From an uncultured Prevotella sp. (lineage in GTDB: Bacteria; Bacteroidota; Bacteroidia; Bacteroidales; Bacteroidaceae): a DNA stretch of 64,000 nt. The stretch's first letter is position 1; each line of letters begins with the position of its first letter. The translations under genes were made by a program, and so were the position numbers. The notes under the pieces are model-generated. The model was given only the letters and a program-made list of their open reading frames with translations. It was not told where the DNA came from and did no database searches. The stretch spans positions 9,518 through 73,517 of the forward strand of contig CAUULA010000001.1 of NCBI GenBank assembly GCA_963545855.1, read 5' to 3'. Shown piece by piece: positions 56,037 to 64,000 of this stretch.

Positions 56037-57233
56037 TCAGTCCTGATGATAGTCTTTGGCCAGGCCTCCCGTGCCGGTCTCCTTGTAGAGGGAGGGCAGG
56101 TCGTGGCCGGTCTGCTTCATCACTTCTACGACACGGTCGAAGCTCACCCGGTGCTTGCCGTCGGAGAAAGCGGCGTAGAGGTTGGCGTCGAGGGCCCGTG
56201 TCGCGGCAAAGGCATTACGCTCTATGCAGGGTATCTGGACAAGTCCGCATACAGGATCGCAGGTCATTCCCAAGTGATGTTCCAGTCCCATCTCGGCCGC
56301 ATACTCTATTTGAGAGGGGCTCCCGCCGAAGAGCTGGCATGCCGCTGCCGATGCCATGGCGCAGGCCACGCCGACTTCGCCCTGGCAGCCCACCTCTGCC
56401 CCGGAGATGGAAGCATTCTGCTTGACGATGTTCCCGAAGAGGCCGGCCGTGGCTAATGCATGGAGAATGTGGGTGTCGCTGAAGCTATGGCCTTTGGAAA
56501 GATGGTAGAGAACGGCAGGCACAACCCCGCACGAGCCGCAGGTGGGCGCCGTAACGATGGTCTCGCCCGAGGCGTTCTCCTCGCTCACGGCCAGCGCATA
56601 GGCATAGACCAGCCCTCGTGTCTGGAGGGTCTGCTTGTATCCGGTGGCCTTTATATAATAGGTGGATGCCTTTCGGGCCAGGTTCAGCGGCCCGGGAAGT
56701 CGCCCCTCGTGGTTGATGCCGCGCTCTACGCTCTCCTGCATGGCTTCCCATACCGTCTGTAAATACTCCCATATGCTCGGATCTTCACACTCGTCCACAT
56801 ACTCCCAATAGCTCCGGCCGCTGTTCTCGCACCATTGCATGATTTCCGTCAGCGAGTTCATCGGGTATACTTCGGGAGTGAAGAATCTGTCAGCCTTGGC
56901 TTCCCCCTCGGAAAGAGCTCCCCCTCCTACGCTGTAGACGGTCCAGTCGTGAGTGCCGTCGGCCTTGAAAAGCATGCCGTTCGGATGAAAGGGAAGAAAC
57001 ACGGTGGGCTTCCAGACAATCTTGGTGGGAGCAATGGGTTGCAGCACTTCCAGTATGGCCTGATGGGTGAGGTGGCCTTTGCCCGTGGCCGCAAGGCTTC
57101 CGTAGAGGGTAACCTCGAAGTTTTTTGCGTCGGGATGCTCCTCCGCGTAAATATGCGCGGCATTCTCCGGACCCATCGTATGGCTTGACGAGGGGCCTTT
57201 GCCGATTCTGTATAATTCTCTCAAAGATTTCAT
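56037..57233 (-). CDS. sdaA: L-serine dehydratase (Fe-S type, single chain)
   Basis: GPSSSHTMGP, VTAPTCG, GAEVGCQGE, GMTCDPVCGLVQIPCIERN. Confidence 0.92.
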   Translation of the reverse strand: MKSLRELYRIGKGPSSSHTMGPENAAHIYAEEHPDAKNFEVTLYGSLAATGKGHLTHQAILEVLQPIAPTKIVWKPTVFLPFHPNGMLFKADGTHDWTVYSVGGGALSEGEAKADRFFTPEVYPMNSLTEIMQWCENSGRSYWEYVDECEDPSIWEYLQTVWEAMQESVERGINHEGRLPGPLNLARKASTYYIKATGYKQTLQTRGLVYAYALAVSEENASGETIVTAPTCGSCGVVPAVLYHLSKGHSFSDTHILHALATAGLFGNIVKQNASISGAEVGCQGEVGVACAMASAAACQLFGGSPSQIEYAAEMGLEHHLGMTCDPVCGLVQIPCIERNAFAATRALDANLYAAFSDGKHRVSFDRVVEVMKQTGHDLPSLYKETGTGGLAKDYHQD

Positions 57234-57255
57234 AATGTTTTATATTTTATGCTTT

Positions 57256-59829
57256 TTATAGGAAGAGCGACCCGACCTGGAATACCAGTGCGCTGACAAC
57301 CCATGCCAGGCAGGTGGTGTATGCCGCCGTGAACAGCGCCCATTTCCAGGAGCCTGTTTCCCCCTTGATGGCCGCGATGGTGGCAATGCAGGGGAAGTAT
57401 AGCAGCACGAAGAGCAGGAAGCAATATGCCGTCAATGTGGCCAAGGGGGCTGCCGCCTCGTATTTTAGTCCGTGGGTGTTGGCAATGTCTGTCTGAATCT
57501 TGTGGCGGAGTATCTCATATTTGCCGCCTTCGTTATTATAGCTGTTGTCTTCGGCAAAGCTTTCATCGTTGGAATACAGGACTCCCATGGTGGAGGCAAC
57601 GATTTCCTTGGCGCCCACACCGGCCAGAATGCCCACATCCAGCTTCCAGTTGAATCCCTGCGGAGTGAATATCGGCTCTATGCTCCGGCCAATCTGCCCG
57701 ATGTAGCTTTGCTCTTGCTGCCGATGAACGGCAGCCATGTAGGCCTCATGGGCTTCGTGTGCCTGATTGGAATCCTCGCCGTATCGTGCCATGGCGGCCT
57801 CCACGCTCGCTTTGGCAGTCCCCACATTCCTGTCGTAGGGGAAGTAGCCTAATGCCCACACGATGATGCTCGCCACGAGGATAATGCCTCCCATCTTCTT
57901 CAGATACTGGCGGCCCTTTTCCCATGTGTGGCGGAAGATGGCCTTCCATGTCGGGAAGCGGTAGGGTGGCAGTTCCATGACGAAAGGCACATCCTCGCCC
58001 TTGAACAGAGTGCTTGTGAAGAGCTTGCTCATGAGCACGGCCAGAGTCATTCCCACGAGATAGAGGGAGAACATGACAAGCGACTGGGTGAGGCTTCCAA
58101 CGAAGAAGGAGCCGATGATCATAATGTAAATAGGAATGCGGGCCTCGCAGCTCATCAGGGGGAGGATGAGCATCGTTACAAGTCTGGAGCGACGGCTCTC
58201 AATGGTGCGCGTGGCCATGACGGCGGGCACATTGCACCCGAATCCCATGATCAGCGGGATGAATGACTTGCCGTGTAACCCCATCCTGTGCATGAGCTTA
58301 TCCATGATGAAGGCTGCGCGCGACATATATCCGCAGTCCTCCATGAACGATATAAAGAAATAGAGAATCAGGATCTGTGGAAGAAACACGATAACCGCTC
58401 CCACGCCGCCAATGATACCGTCAATGAGCATTGCCTTGATAGGACCTTCCGGCATGTAGGCTCCTATCTGGTCTCCCAGTAGTTCTACGAGTGCCTCTAT
58501 CCAGTCCATCGGATACTGGCCGACCATGAAGGTTGTCGCGAACATCACGATCAGGATGAGGATGAAAATCGGGAATCCTATCCATTTGTTGGTCAATATG
58601 CGGTCGAGCAGATGGGTTGTCTGGTAGGTGTCTTTCTTGTTTCCGGTCTTATAGCGTGCCTCTTCAAGTGCGCCGTGGATAAATCCATACTTCGCATCCA
58701 TGATGGCGGTCTCGCTGTCGTCGCCCGTCTCCTCCCTGACTCTTCTTGCCGCGTCGTCTCGGTGCCTGAGAATCTCCGCCGCATCGGGCAGGACCTTGAT
58801 GTATTCCTCTGCGTCTTTGTCATATTCAAGCAGCTTTATGGCCAGATAGCGGGTAGAATAACGGAGCCGTACATTAGGTGCTTTCTTCAGGTGCTCTTGT
58901 ATTTCTTCAATTCCATGCTCAATCTCATGCCCATGGTTGATATGGATATGGCGGAAATGAGGATCTTCTCCCTCCTTGCCCTCATACATCTGGATTACCA
59001 TATGGAACAGGTCTTTGATGCCGCGGCCATTGGTGAAGACGGTGGGCACCATAGGGACACCCAGCAGGCTTGCCAACTTTTCGTAGTCTACATGGTCGCC
59101 TCGCTGCTCCGTCTCATCAAACATATTGAGTGCGCATACCATGCGCACATGCATGTCAATGAGCTGGGTGGTGAGATAGAGGTTGCGCTCCAGATTGCTC
59201 GTGTCGATGACATTGATGATGACATCAGGAGTTTGCTCGACGATCTGCTTCCTCACATAGAGCTCTTCGGGAGAATAGGCGGAGAGGGAATAGGTGCCGG
59301 GTAGGTCGACAAGGTTAAACTTATAGCCTTCGAACTCTGCGTGTCCCACCTTGGCATCTACGGTAACACCGCTATAGTTGCCTACGCGTTCGTGTGCACC
59401 TGACGCAAAGTTGAAGAGTGAGGTCTTTCCGCAGTTTGGATTGCCTACCAGAGCAACATTGATTTCCTTGTGTTTCTTCTCCGCGGCATCCTCAAGCTGC
59501 TTGTCGGTGAGCGGTTGCTCATCGGCTTCGCGACTATCGATAATCTTGGAACTTTTGACGAGTCTTTCATCATCTTGTTCTTCCTCTTCTATTTTTTTGG
59601 CTTCCTTAAGGGTTACGACTTCTATCAACTCCGCCTCGCTGTGGCGGAGAGAAACCTCGTAGCCCATAATCTTGTATTTTACAGGATCCTGTAAAGGAGC
59701 ATTCAGCAAGACTTCTATAGATTTTCCTTTGATGAAGCCCATCTCCACGATGCGCTTGCGGAAGCCTCCATGACCGAGGACTTTTACGATGATGCCTTTT
59801 TCTCCAGTCGTAAGTTCTGATAATTTCAT
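57256..59829 (-). CDS. feoB: Ferrous iron transporter, FeoA-FeoB fusion
   Basis: N-terminal FeoA domain, GNPNCGKT, DLPG, NMFD, GFGCNVPA, YFPC; start MKLSEL after the -7 element at 59857-59864. Confidence 0.95.
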   Translation of the reverse strand: MKLSELTTGEKGIIVKVLGHGGFRKRIVEMGFIKGKSIEVLLNAPLQDPVKYKIMGYEVSLRHSEAELIEVVTLKEAKKIEEEEQDDERLVKSSKIIDSREADEQPLTDKQLEDAAEKKHKEINVALVGNPNCGKTSLFNFASGAHERVGNYSGVTVDAKVGHAEFEGYKFNLVDLPGTYSLSAYSPEELYVRKQIVEQTPDVIINVIDTSNLERNLYLTTQLIDMHVRMVCALNMFDETEQRGDHVDYEKLASLLGVPMVPTVFTNGRGIKDLFHMVIQMYEGKEGEDPHFRHIHINHGHEIEHGIEEIQEHLKKAPNVRLRYSTRYLAIKLLEYDKDAEEYIKVLPDAAEILRHRDDAARRVREETGDDSETAIMDAKYGFIHGALEEARYKTGNKKDTYQTTHLLDRILTNKWIGFPIFILILIVMFATTFMVGQYPMDWIEALVELLGDQIGAYMPEGPIKAMLIDGIIGGVGAVIVFLPQILILYFFISFMEDCGYMSRAAFIMDKLMHRMGLHGKSFIPLIMGFGCNVPAVMATRTIESRRSRLVTMLILPLMSCEARIPIYIMIIGSFFVGSLTQSLVMFSLYLVGMTLAVLMSKLFTSTLFKGEDVPFVMELPPYRFPTWKAIFRHTWEKGRQYLKKMGGIILVASIIVWALGYFPYDRNVGTAKASVEAAMARYGEDSNQAHEAHEAYMAAVHRQQEQSYIGQIGRSIEPIFTPQGFNWKLDVGILAGVGAKEIVASTMGVLYSNDESFAEDNSYNNEGGKYEILRHKIQTDIANTHGLKYEAAAPLATLTAYCFLLFVLLYFPCIATIAAIKGETGSWKWALFTAAYTTCLAWVVSALVFQVGSLFL

Positions 59830-59938
59830 CTTTTTTCCTTTTTCTCCTATTACTTGCAAATGTACAACAAAAAAGGTGCAACTCTGTTGCAACCTTTTGT
59901 TTTGTCGGAAATATACCTAGAAATGGGGAGGCCCGTCC

Positions 59939-60637
59939 TTAAATATTAAAGTAGTCTTCCAATTCTTTCTCGGCACCCCTATGCTCGTTTTGCAGGTCCT
60001 TTAAAATGATGCCATGCTCGAGCAAGGCAATGCGGGTGGATATTTCTATTGTATGTTGCAAGTTATGGCTACTGATAAGGACGGTAGCCTCGTTCTCCCG
60101 GGCATAGGTCAGGAGGAACTTCTTCAGTATGTTCTGGCTTGATGGATCCAGAAAGTTGAACGGTTCGTCAAGGATGACAAGCTTGGGACAATTGAATAAT
60201 GCGGAGATGATTCCAATCTTCTGTTTGTTCCCGGCAGAGAAGTCTCTGATGAGCTTTTTTTGATTCATGATCTCACCCGCCATGAATTGTTCGAAGTCCT
60301 TTTCGCGAGATTCAACAGCATCTCTTGTCATGTTGTTTACCTTTCCGAGGAATTCAAAATACTCTTCGGGGGTAAGAAAATCAATCAAGAACCCTTCGTC
60401 AATATAGGAACCGGTGGTCTTCTTCCATTCCTCGCTTTCAGCAGGATTGATGCCGTCGATGAAAACCTTTCCCTCGTCTGGTTTCATCAAGTCAAGTATC
60501 AGACGGAAAAGAGTGGTCTTTCCGGCCCCGTTATTGCCAACCAATCCGAGGATATCACCATCGTTGATGGTGAATTCCGGAATGTTTACGGCCACCTTTT
60601 CGCCAAATGACTTCTGGAGATTGTCAAGTCTGATCAT
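59939..60637 (-). CDS. ABC transporter ATP-binding protein
   Basis: GNNGAGKT, FSAG, ILDEP, SSH. Confidence 0.88.
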   Translation of the reverse strand: MIRLDNLQKSFGEKVAVNIPEFTINDGDILGLVGNNGAGKTTLFRLILDLMKPDEGKVFIDGINPAESEEWKKTTGSYIDEGFLIDFLTPEEYFEFLGKVNNMTRDAVESREKDFEQFMAGEIMNQKKLIRDFSAGNKQKIGIISALFNCPKLVILDEPFNFLDPSSQNILKKFLLTYARENEATVLISSHNLQHTIEISTRIALLEHGIILKDLQNEHRGAEKELEDYFNI

Positions 60638-60642
60638 ACTGT

Positions 60643-63600
60643 TTATCTGATGTTACGCCCGTGGCAGTTCTTGAACTTCTTGCCGGAGCCACATGGACAA
60701 GGGTCGTTGGGGCGGGGCATTTTTTCACGGATGATTGGCGTGTGATTTACTCTTTGTGCTGTTTCGCGTGTGTCCTGCCGGGCTGCAGCTTGTTGTGCCG
60801 GGTCGTTGAGGTCGGCCTTCTGCTCATGATAGCGCTGGCTTCTCTGCTCTGGCGCGGCCTCGTGAACTTCCTGTTCCTGCATTTCCGGGATCTGGGCACG
60901 CATGAGGATGGACGAGATGCGATTGTTGATGTCGTCAATCATGGTATCCCAGATGGTAGCACTCTCAAGCTTGAAGATCAAGAGAGGGTCTTTCTGCTCG
61001 TACGAGGCGTTCTGTACGCTATGGCGAAGCTCATCCAGTTGGCGGAGATTTTCCTTCCAATTATCATCAATAATATGAAGCATGATGACCTTTTCGAACT
61101 GCTTGACGACATCCTTTCCCTCTGTCTCGTATGCCTTTTTGAGGTCGCAAGGAATATTATATACGCGTTTCCCGTCGGTAACCGGTACCATAATGCGCTC
61201 GAAACGGTCTCCTTGGTTTTCCTCCACATCCTTGATGACGGGCCAGGCTACACTCTGAATGCGGTCGGTCTTGCGCTTGAAGGCTGCCATCGCATCTTGG
61301 AAAGCGCGTTCTGCCAGTACATTATGGTCGGCATTTAAAAATTCTTCTTCCGTGAAGGGGCACTCCATCGCAAAAACTTTCAGGAATTGCTCCTTGCATC
61401 CTTCGTAGTCGTTTTTCTCAATGATGTTGATGCAACGATCCCAAATGATATTCGCAATATCCATGCCGATGCGTTCACCCATGAGGGCATGACGGCGCTT
61501 TTCATAGATAACGGTACGCTGCTTGTTCATCACGTCATCATATTCAAGCAGATGTTTGCGAATACCGAAGTTGTTCTCCTCTACTTTCTTTTGGGCTCTT
61601 TCGATACTCTTGGAAATCATAGGGGCCTCTATGCGTTCTCCTTCCTGATAGCCCAGACGGTCCATGACATGTGCAATTCGTTCAGAACCGAAGAGGCGCA
61701 TCAGTTTGTCTTCCAATGAAACATAGAAGACTGAGCTGCCCGGGTCGCCCTGACGGCCGGCACGACCACGCAGCTGACGGTCTACACGCCGGCTTTCATG
61801 ACGCTCCGTGCCAATGATGGCAAGGCCTCCTGCGGCCTTTACTTCTTGCGTGAGTTTGATATCGGTACCGCGCCCGGCCATGTTGGTAGCAATGGTTACG
61901 GCTCCTAACAGCCTCTCCTCGTTGGTGATGAGATTCTGCGCATCCTGTCCTGCGAGACTGGTGTCTGCACCTTTAGCTCCCTCATTTGCTGCCTTGACGA
62001 GTGTATTTTGATACCTCACGGCAGAAGCCTTGTCGGTGAAAGCCTTTCCATCAGTTGCGAGAAAAACCATTCCCACCGTGCTTTTACCGGCCTCGGCAAC
62101 TACCAGAGCCTCTTGCTGGTGCAGCTTGGCATTTAATACTTGATGTGGAATCTTGCGCATGTCGAGCATCTTGGAGAGCAATTCACTGATTTCAACAGAG
62201 GTTGTACCCACCAGACAAGGCCGCCCGCTGACACGCATTTCCTCAATTTCCTCGATGACGGCAGAATATTTCTCGCGGGCTGTCTTATAGACGCGGTCAT
62301 CCATGTCGTTGCGGACTACAGGTTTGTTGGTTGGGATTTCAACCACATCAAGCTTGTAGATGTCCCAGAATTCACCGGCCTCAGTAGACGCGGTACCCGT
62401 CATGCCCGAGAGTTTGTGGTACATGCGGAAGTAGTTCTGGAGGGTGATGGTGGCGAAAGTCTGTGTCGCGGCTTCCACCTTGACATGTTCCTTTGCCTCA
62501 ATAGCCTGGTGAAGACCGTCGCTCCAACGGCGTCCTTCCATGATGCGCCCGGTCTGCTCGTCTACGATTTTAACCTCACGGTCTATGACGACATATTCAT
62601 CATCCTTATTAAACATGGTATAAGCTTTCAGAAGTTGCTGCAAGGTGTGGACACGCTCGCTCTGAACGGCATAGAGATTCAGCAGATCATCCTTTTTATC
62701 AAGACGGTCTTGGTCGCTCAGCTCATGTTCGTTTTCTAGTGCGGAGAGCTGACTGGTAATATCGGGCAGCACAAAAAGATCTGGCCGGCCGGTCTGCTTG
62801 GCAAGCCAGGCACCGCCCTTATCAGTAAGGTCGGCAGAGTTCAACTTCTCGTCCACTACGAAATACAAAGGTTCGATGGCCTTGGGCATTTCGCGATTGT
62901 TATTGGCCATGTAGAATTCTTCGGTCTTCAAGAGCCCCGACTTGATACCTTCTTCCGAGAGATACTTGATGAGGGGCTTGTTCTTAGGCAGTGCCTTATA
63001 GGATCTGAAAAGGGCAAGGAACCCTTCTTCTTCCAACTGCTGTGCCTGTTTCTTGTCCTGGGTCTGCTGTGCCTGGGTGATTTTCTGTTTAGCCTCAGCA
63101 AGCAGTTCTGTGGCCTGTTTGCGCTGCACTTCATAGAGTTTCTCTACTAATGGCTGGTACTCTTCGAACATCTGGTCGTCGCCCTTTGGTATCGGACCGG
63201 AAATAATCAATGGAGTACGGGCGTCGTCTATCAATACGGAGTCTACCTCATCCACGATGGCATAGTTATGCTGGCGCTGTACAAGGTCAGCAGGGCTGAT
63301 GGCCATGTTATCACGGAGGTAGTCGAAACCGAACTCATTGTTGGTTCCGAAAGTAATGTCTGCCTGATAGGCCTTGCGCCGCTCTTCCGAGTTAGGCTGG
63401 TGTTTATCGATGCAATCGACGGAGAGCCCGTTGAACATATAGAGCGGCCCCATCCATTCAGAGTCGCGCTTGGCAAGATAATCGTTCACGGTAACCATGT
63501 GCACTCCGTTTCCTGTAAGTGCATTCAGAAACACGGGGAGAGTTGCTACGAGGGTTTTACCTTCACCCGTAGCCATTTCGGCTATCTTACCCTGATGCAA

Positions 63601-63999
63601 GGCTATACCGCCGAAGAGCTGCACATCGTAGTGCACCATGTCCCATTTGATCTTGTTACCGCCGGCGGTCCATTCATTGTGGTAGATGGCCTTATCGCCG
63701 TCAATGGTGATAAAGTCGTTTACCGGGTTCCCGGCAAGTTCACGGTCGAAATCGGTAGCCGTAACCACGGTCTCTTCGTTTTCGGAAAAACGACGGGCTG
63801 TATCCTTCATGATGCTGAAAGCCACCGGCATTACCTCGTTGAGGGCCACTTCGTATTTATCGAGGGCCGCTTTCTCAAGTTTGTCAATTTCAGTGAATAT
63901 GTCCTCGCGCTCATCGATAGGTGTATCTTCGATCGTGCTCTTGAGTTCTGCAATCTTCTCTTTTTCCTCCTTTGCAGAGTCCTGTACATATTTCTGGAT
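60643..63999 (-). CDS. secA: Preprotein translocase SecA (5' end outside the window)
   Basis: [37 protein letters not shown]-terminal [13 protein letters not shown]; frame stays open past 63849 to the window end. Confidence 0.97.
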   Translation of the reverse strand: MQKYVQDSAKEEKEKIAELKSTIEDTPIDEREDIFTEIDKLEKAALDKYEVALNEVMPVAFSIMKDTARRFSENEETVVTATDFDRELAGNPVNDFITIDGDKAIYHNEWTAGGNKIKWDMVHYDVQLFGGIALHQGKIAEMATGEGKTLVATLPVFLNALTGNGVHMVTVNDYLAKRDSEWMGPLYMFNGLSVDCIDKHQPNSEERRKAYQADITFGTNNEFGFDYLRDNMAISPADLVQRQHNYAIVDEVDSVLIDDARTPLIISGPIPKGDDQMFEEYQPLVEKLYEVQRKQATELLAEAKQKITQAQQTQDKKQAQQLEEEGFLALFRSYKALPKNKPLIKYLSEEGIKSGLLKTEEFYMANNNREMPKAIEPLYFVVDEKLNSADLTDKGGAWLAKQTGRPDLFVLPDITSQLSALENEHELSDQDRLDKKDDLLNLYAVQSERVHTLQQLLKAYTMFNKDDEYVVIDREVKIVDEQTGRIMEGRRWSDGLHQAIEAKEHVKVEAATQTFATITLQNYFRMYHKLSGMTGTASTEAGEFWDIYKLDVVEIPTNKPVVRNDMDDRVYKTAREKYSAVIEEIEEMRVSGRPCLVGTTSVEISELLSKMLDMRKIPHQVLNAKLHQQEALVVAEAGKSTVGMVFLATDGKAFTDKASAVRYQNTLVKAANEGAKGADTSLAGQDAQNLITNEERLLGAVTIATNMAGRGTDIKLTQEVKAAGGLAIIGTERHESRRVDRQLRGRAGRQGDPGSSVFYVSLEDKLMRLFGSERIAHVMDRLGYQEGERIEAPMISKSIERAQKKVEENNFGIRKHLLEYDDVMNKQRTVIYEKRRHALMGERIGMDIANIIWDRCINIIEKNDYEGCKEQFLKVFAMECPFTEEEFLNADHNVLAERAFQDAMAAFKRKTDRIQSVAWPVIKDVEENQGDRFERIMVPVTDGKRVYNIPCDLKKAYETEGKDVVKQFEKVIMLHIIDDNWKENLRQLDELRHSVQNASYEQKDPLLIFKLESATIWDTMIDDINNRISSILMRAQIPEMQEQEVHEAAPEQRSQRYHEQKADLNDPAQQAAARQDTRETAQRVNHTPIIREKMPRPNDPCPCGSGKKFKNCHGRNIR

Positions 64000-64000
64000 T

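Noticed and set aside
59678..59695. Perfect 18-bp palindrome TTTACAGGATCCTGTAAA in the feoA domain
   Set aside because: N6 rather than N7 spacing, single unit, and it encodes the conserved LQDPVK; probably chance
61906..62085. Intein in SecA
   Set aside because: Too short and lacks the N-terminal Cys/Ser and C-terminal His-Asn

Overview
Chromosomal window from a Bacteroidales bacterium, most likely Prevotellaceae (inferred from the many TAnnTTTG -7 promoter elements, EF-G2, rprXY-rpsF-rpsR-rplI and Prevotella-type C-terminal secretion tails). Most of it is housekeeping: Tex, ABC-F, PepO, MetA, RlhA-like U32, TonB receptor, DacB, MATE, RmuC, TcdA, UraA, HemW, EF-G2, RprXY, ribosomal proteins, FabD, GH13/GH20/GH106, RNase G, HU, uxuAB/kdgK/eda, tRNA-Cys, serine dehydratase, FeoAB and a partial SecA. 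Two things stand out. (1) A tightly coupled six-gene operon at 14.3-22.6 kb encodes a vWA-like lipoprotein, a multi-TM protein, a divergent tubulin/FtsZ-like GTPase, a 1158-aa protein with an actin/Hsp70-fold ATPase domain, a coiled-coil protein and a Zn-ribbon membrane protein. It is a candidate trans-envelope tubulin+actin system of unknown function. (2) A dispersed family of 22-bp-period palindromic arrays (TTACA-N7-TGTAA-N5) occurs six times, twice inside coding sequence, at roughly regular kb-scale intervals; a second, sequence-unrelated 3x22-bp palindromic array is also present. Four small genes missing from the ORF track were found: a partial VOC protein, a 51-aa peptide, bS22 and a FeoB-associated Cys-rich protein. 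No integrase, transposase, prophage or CRISPR array was seen. All family assignments come from motif recognition by eye, not database searches.
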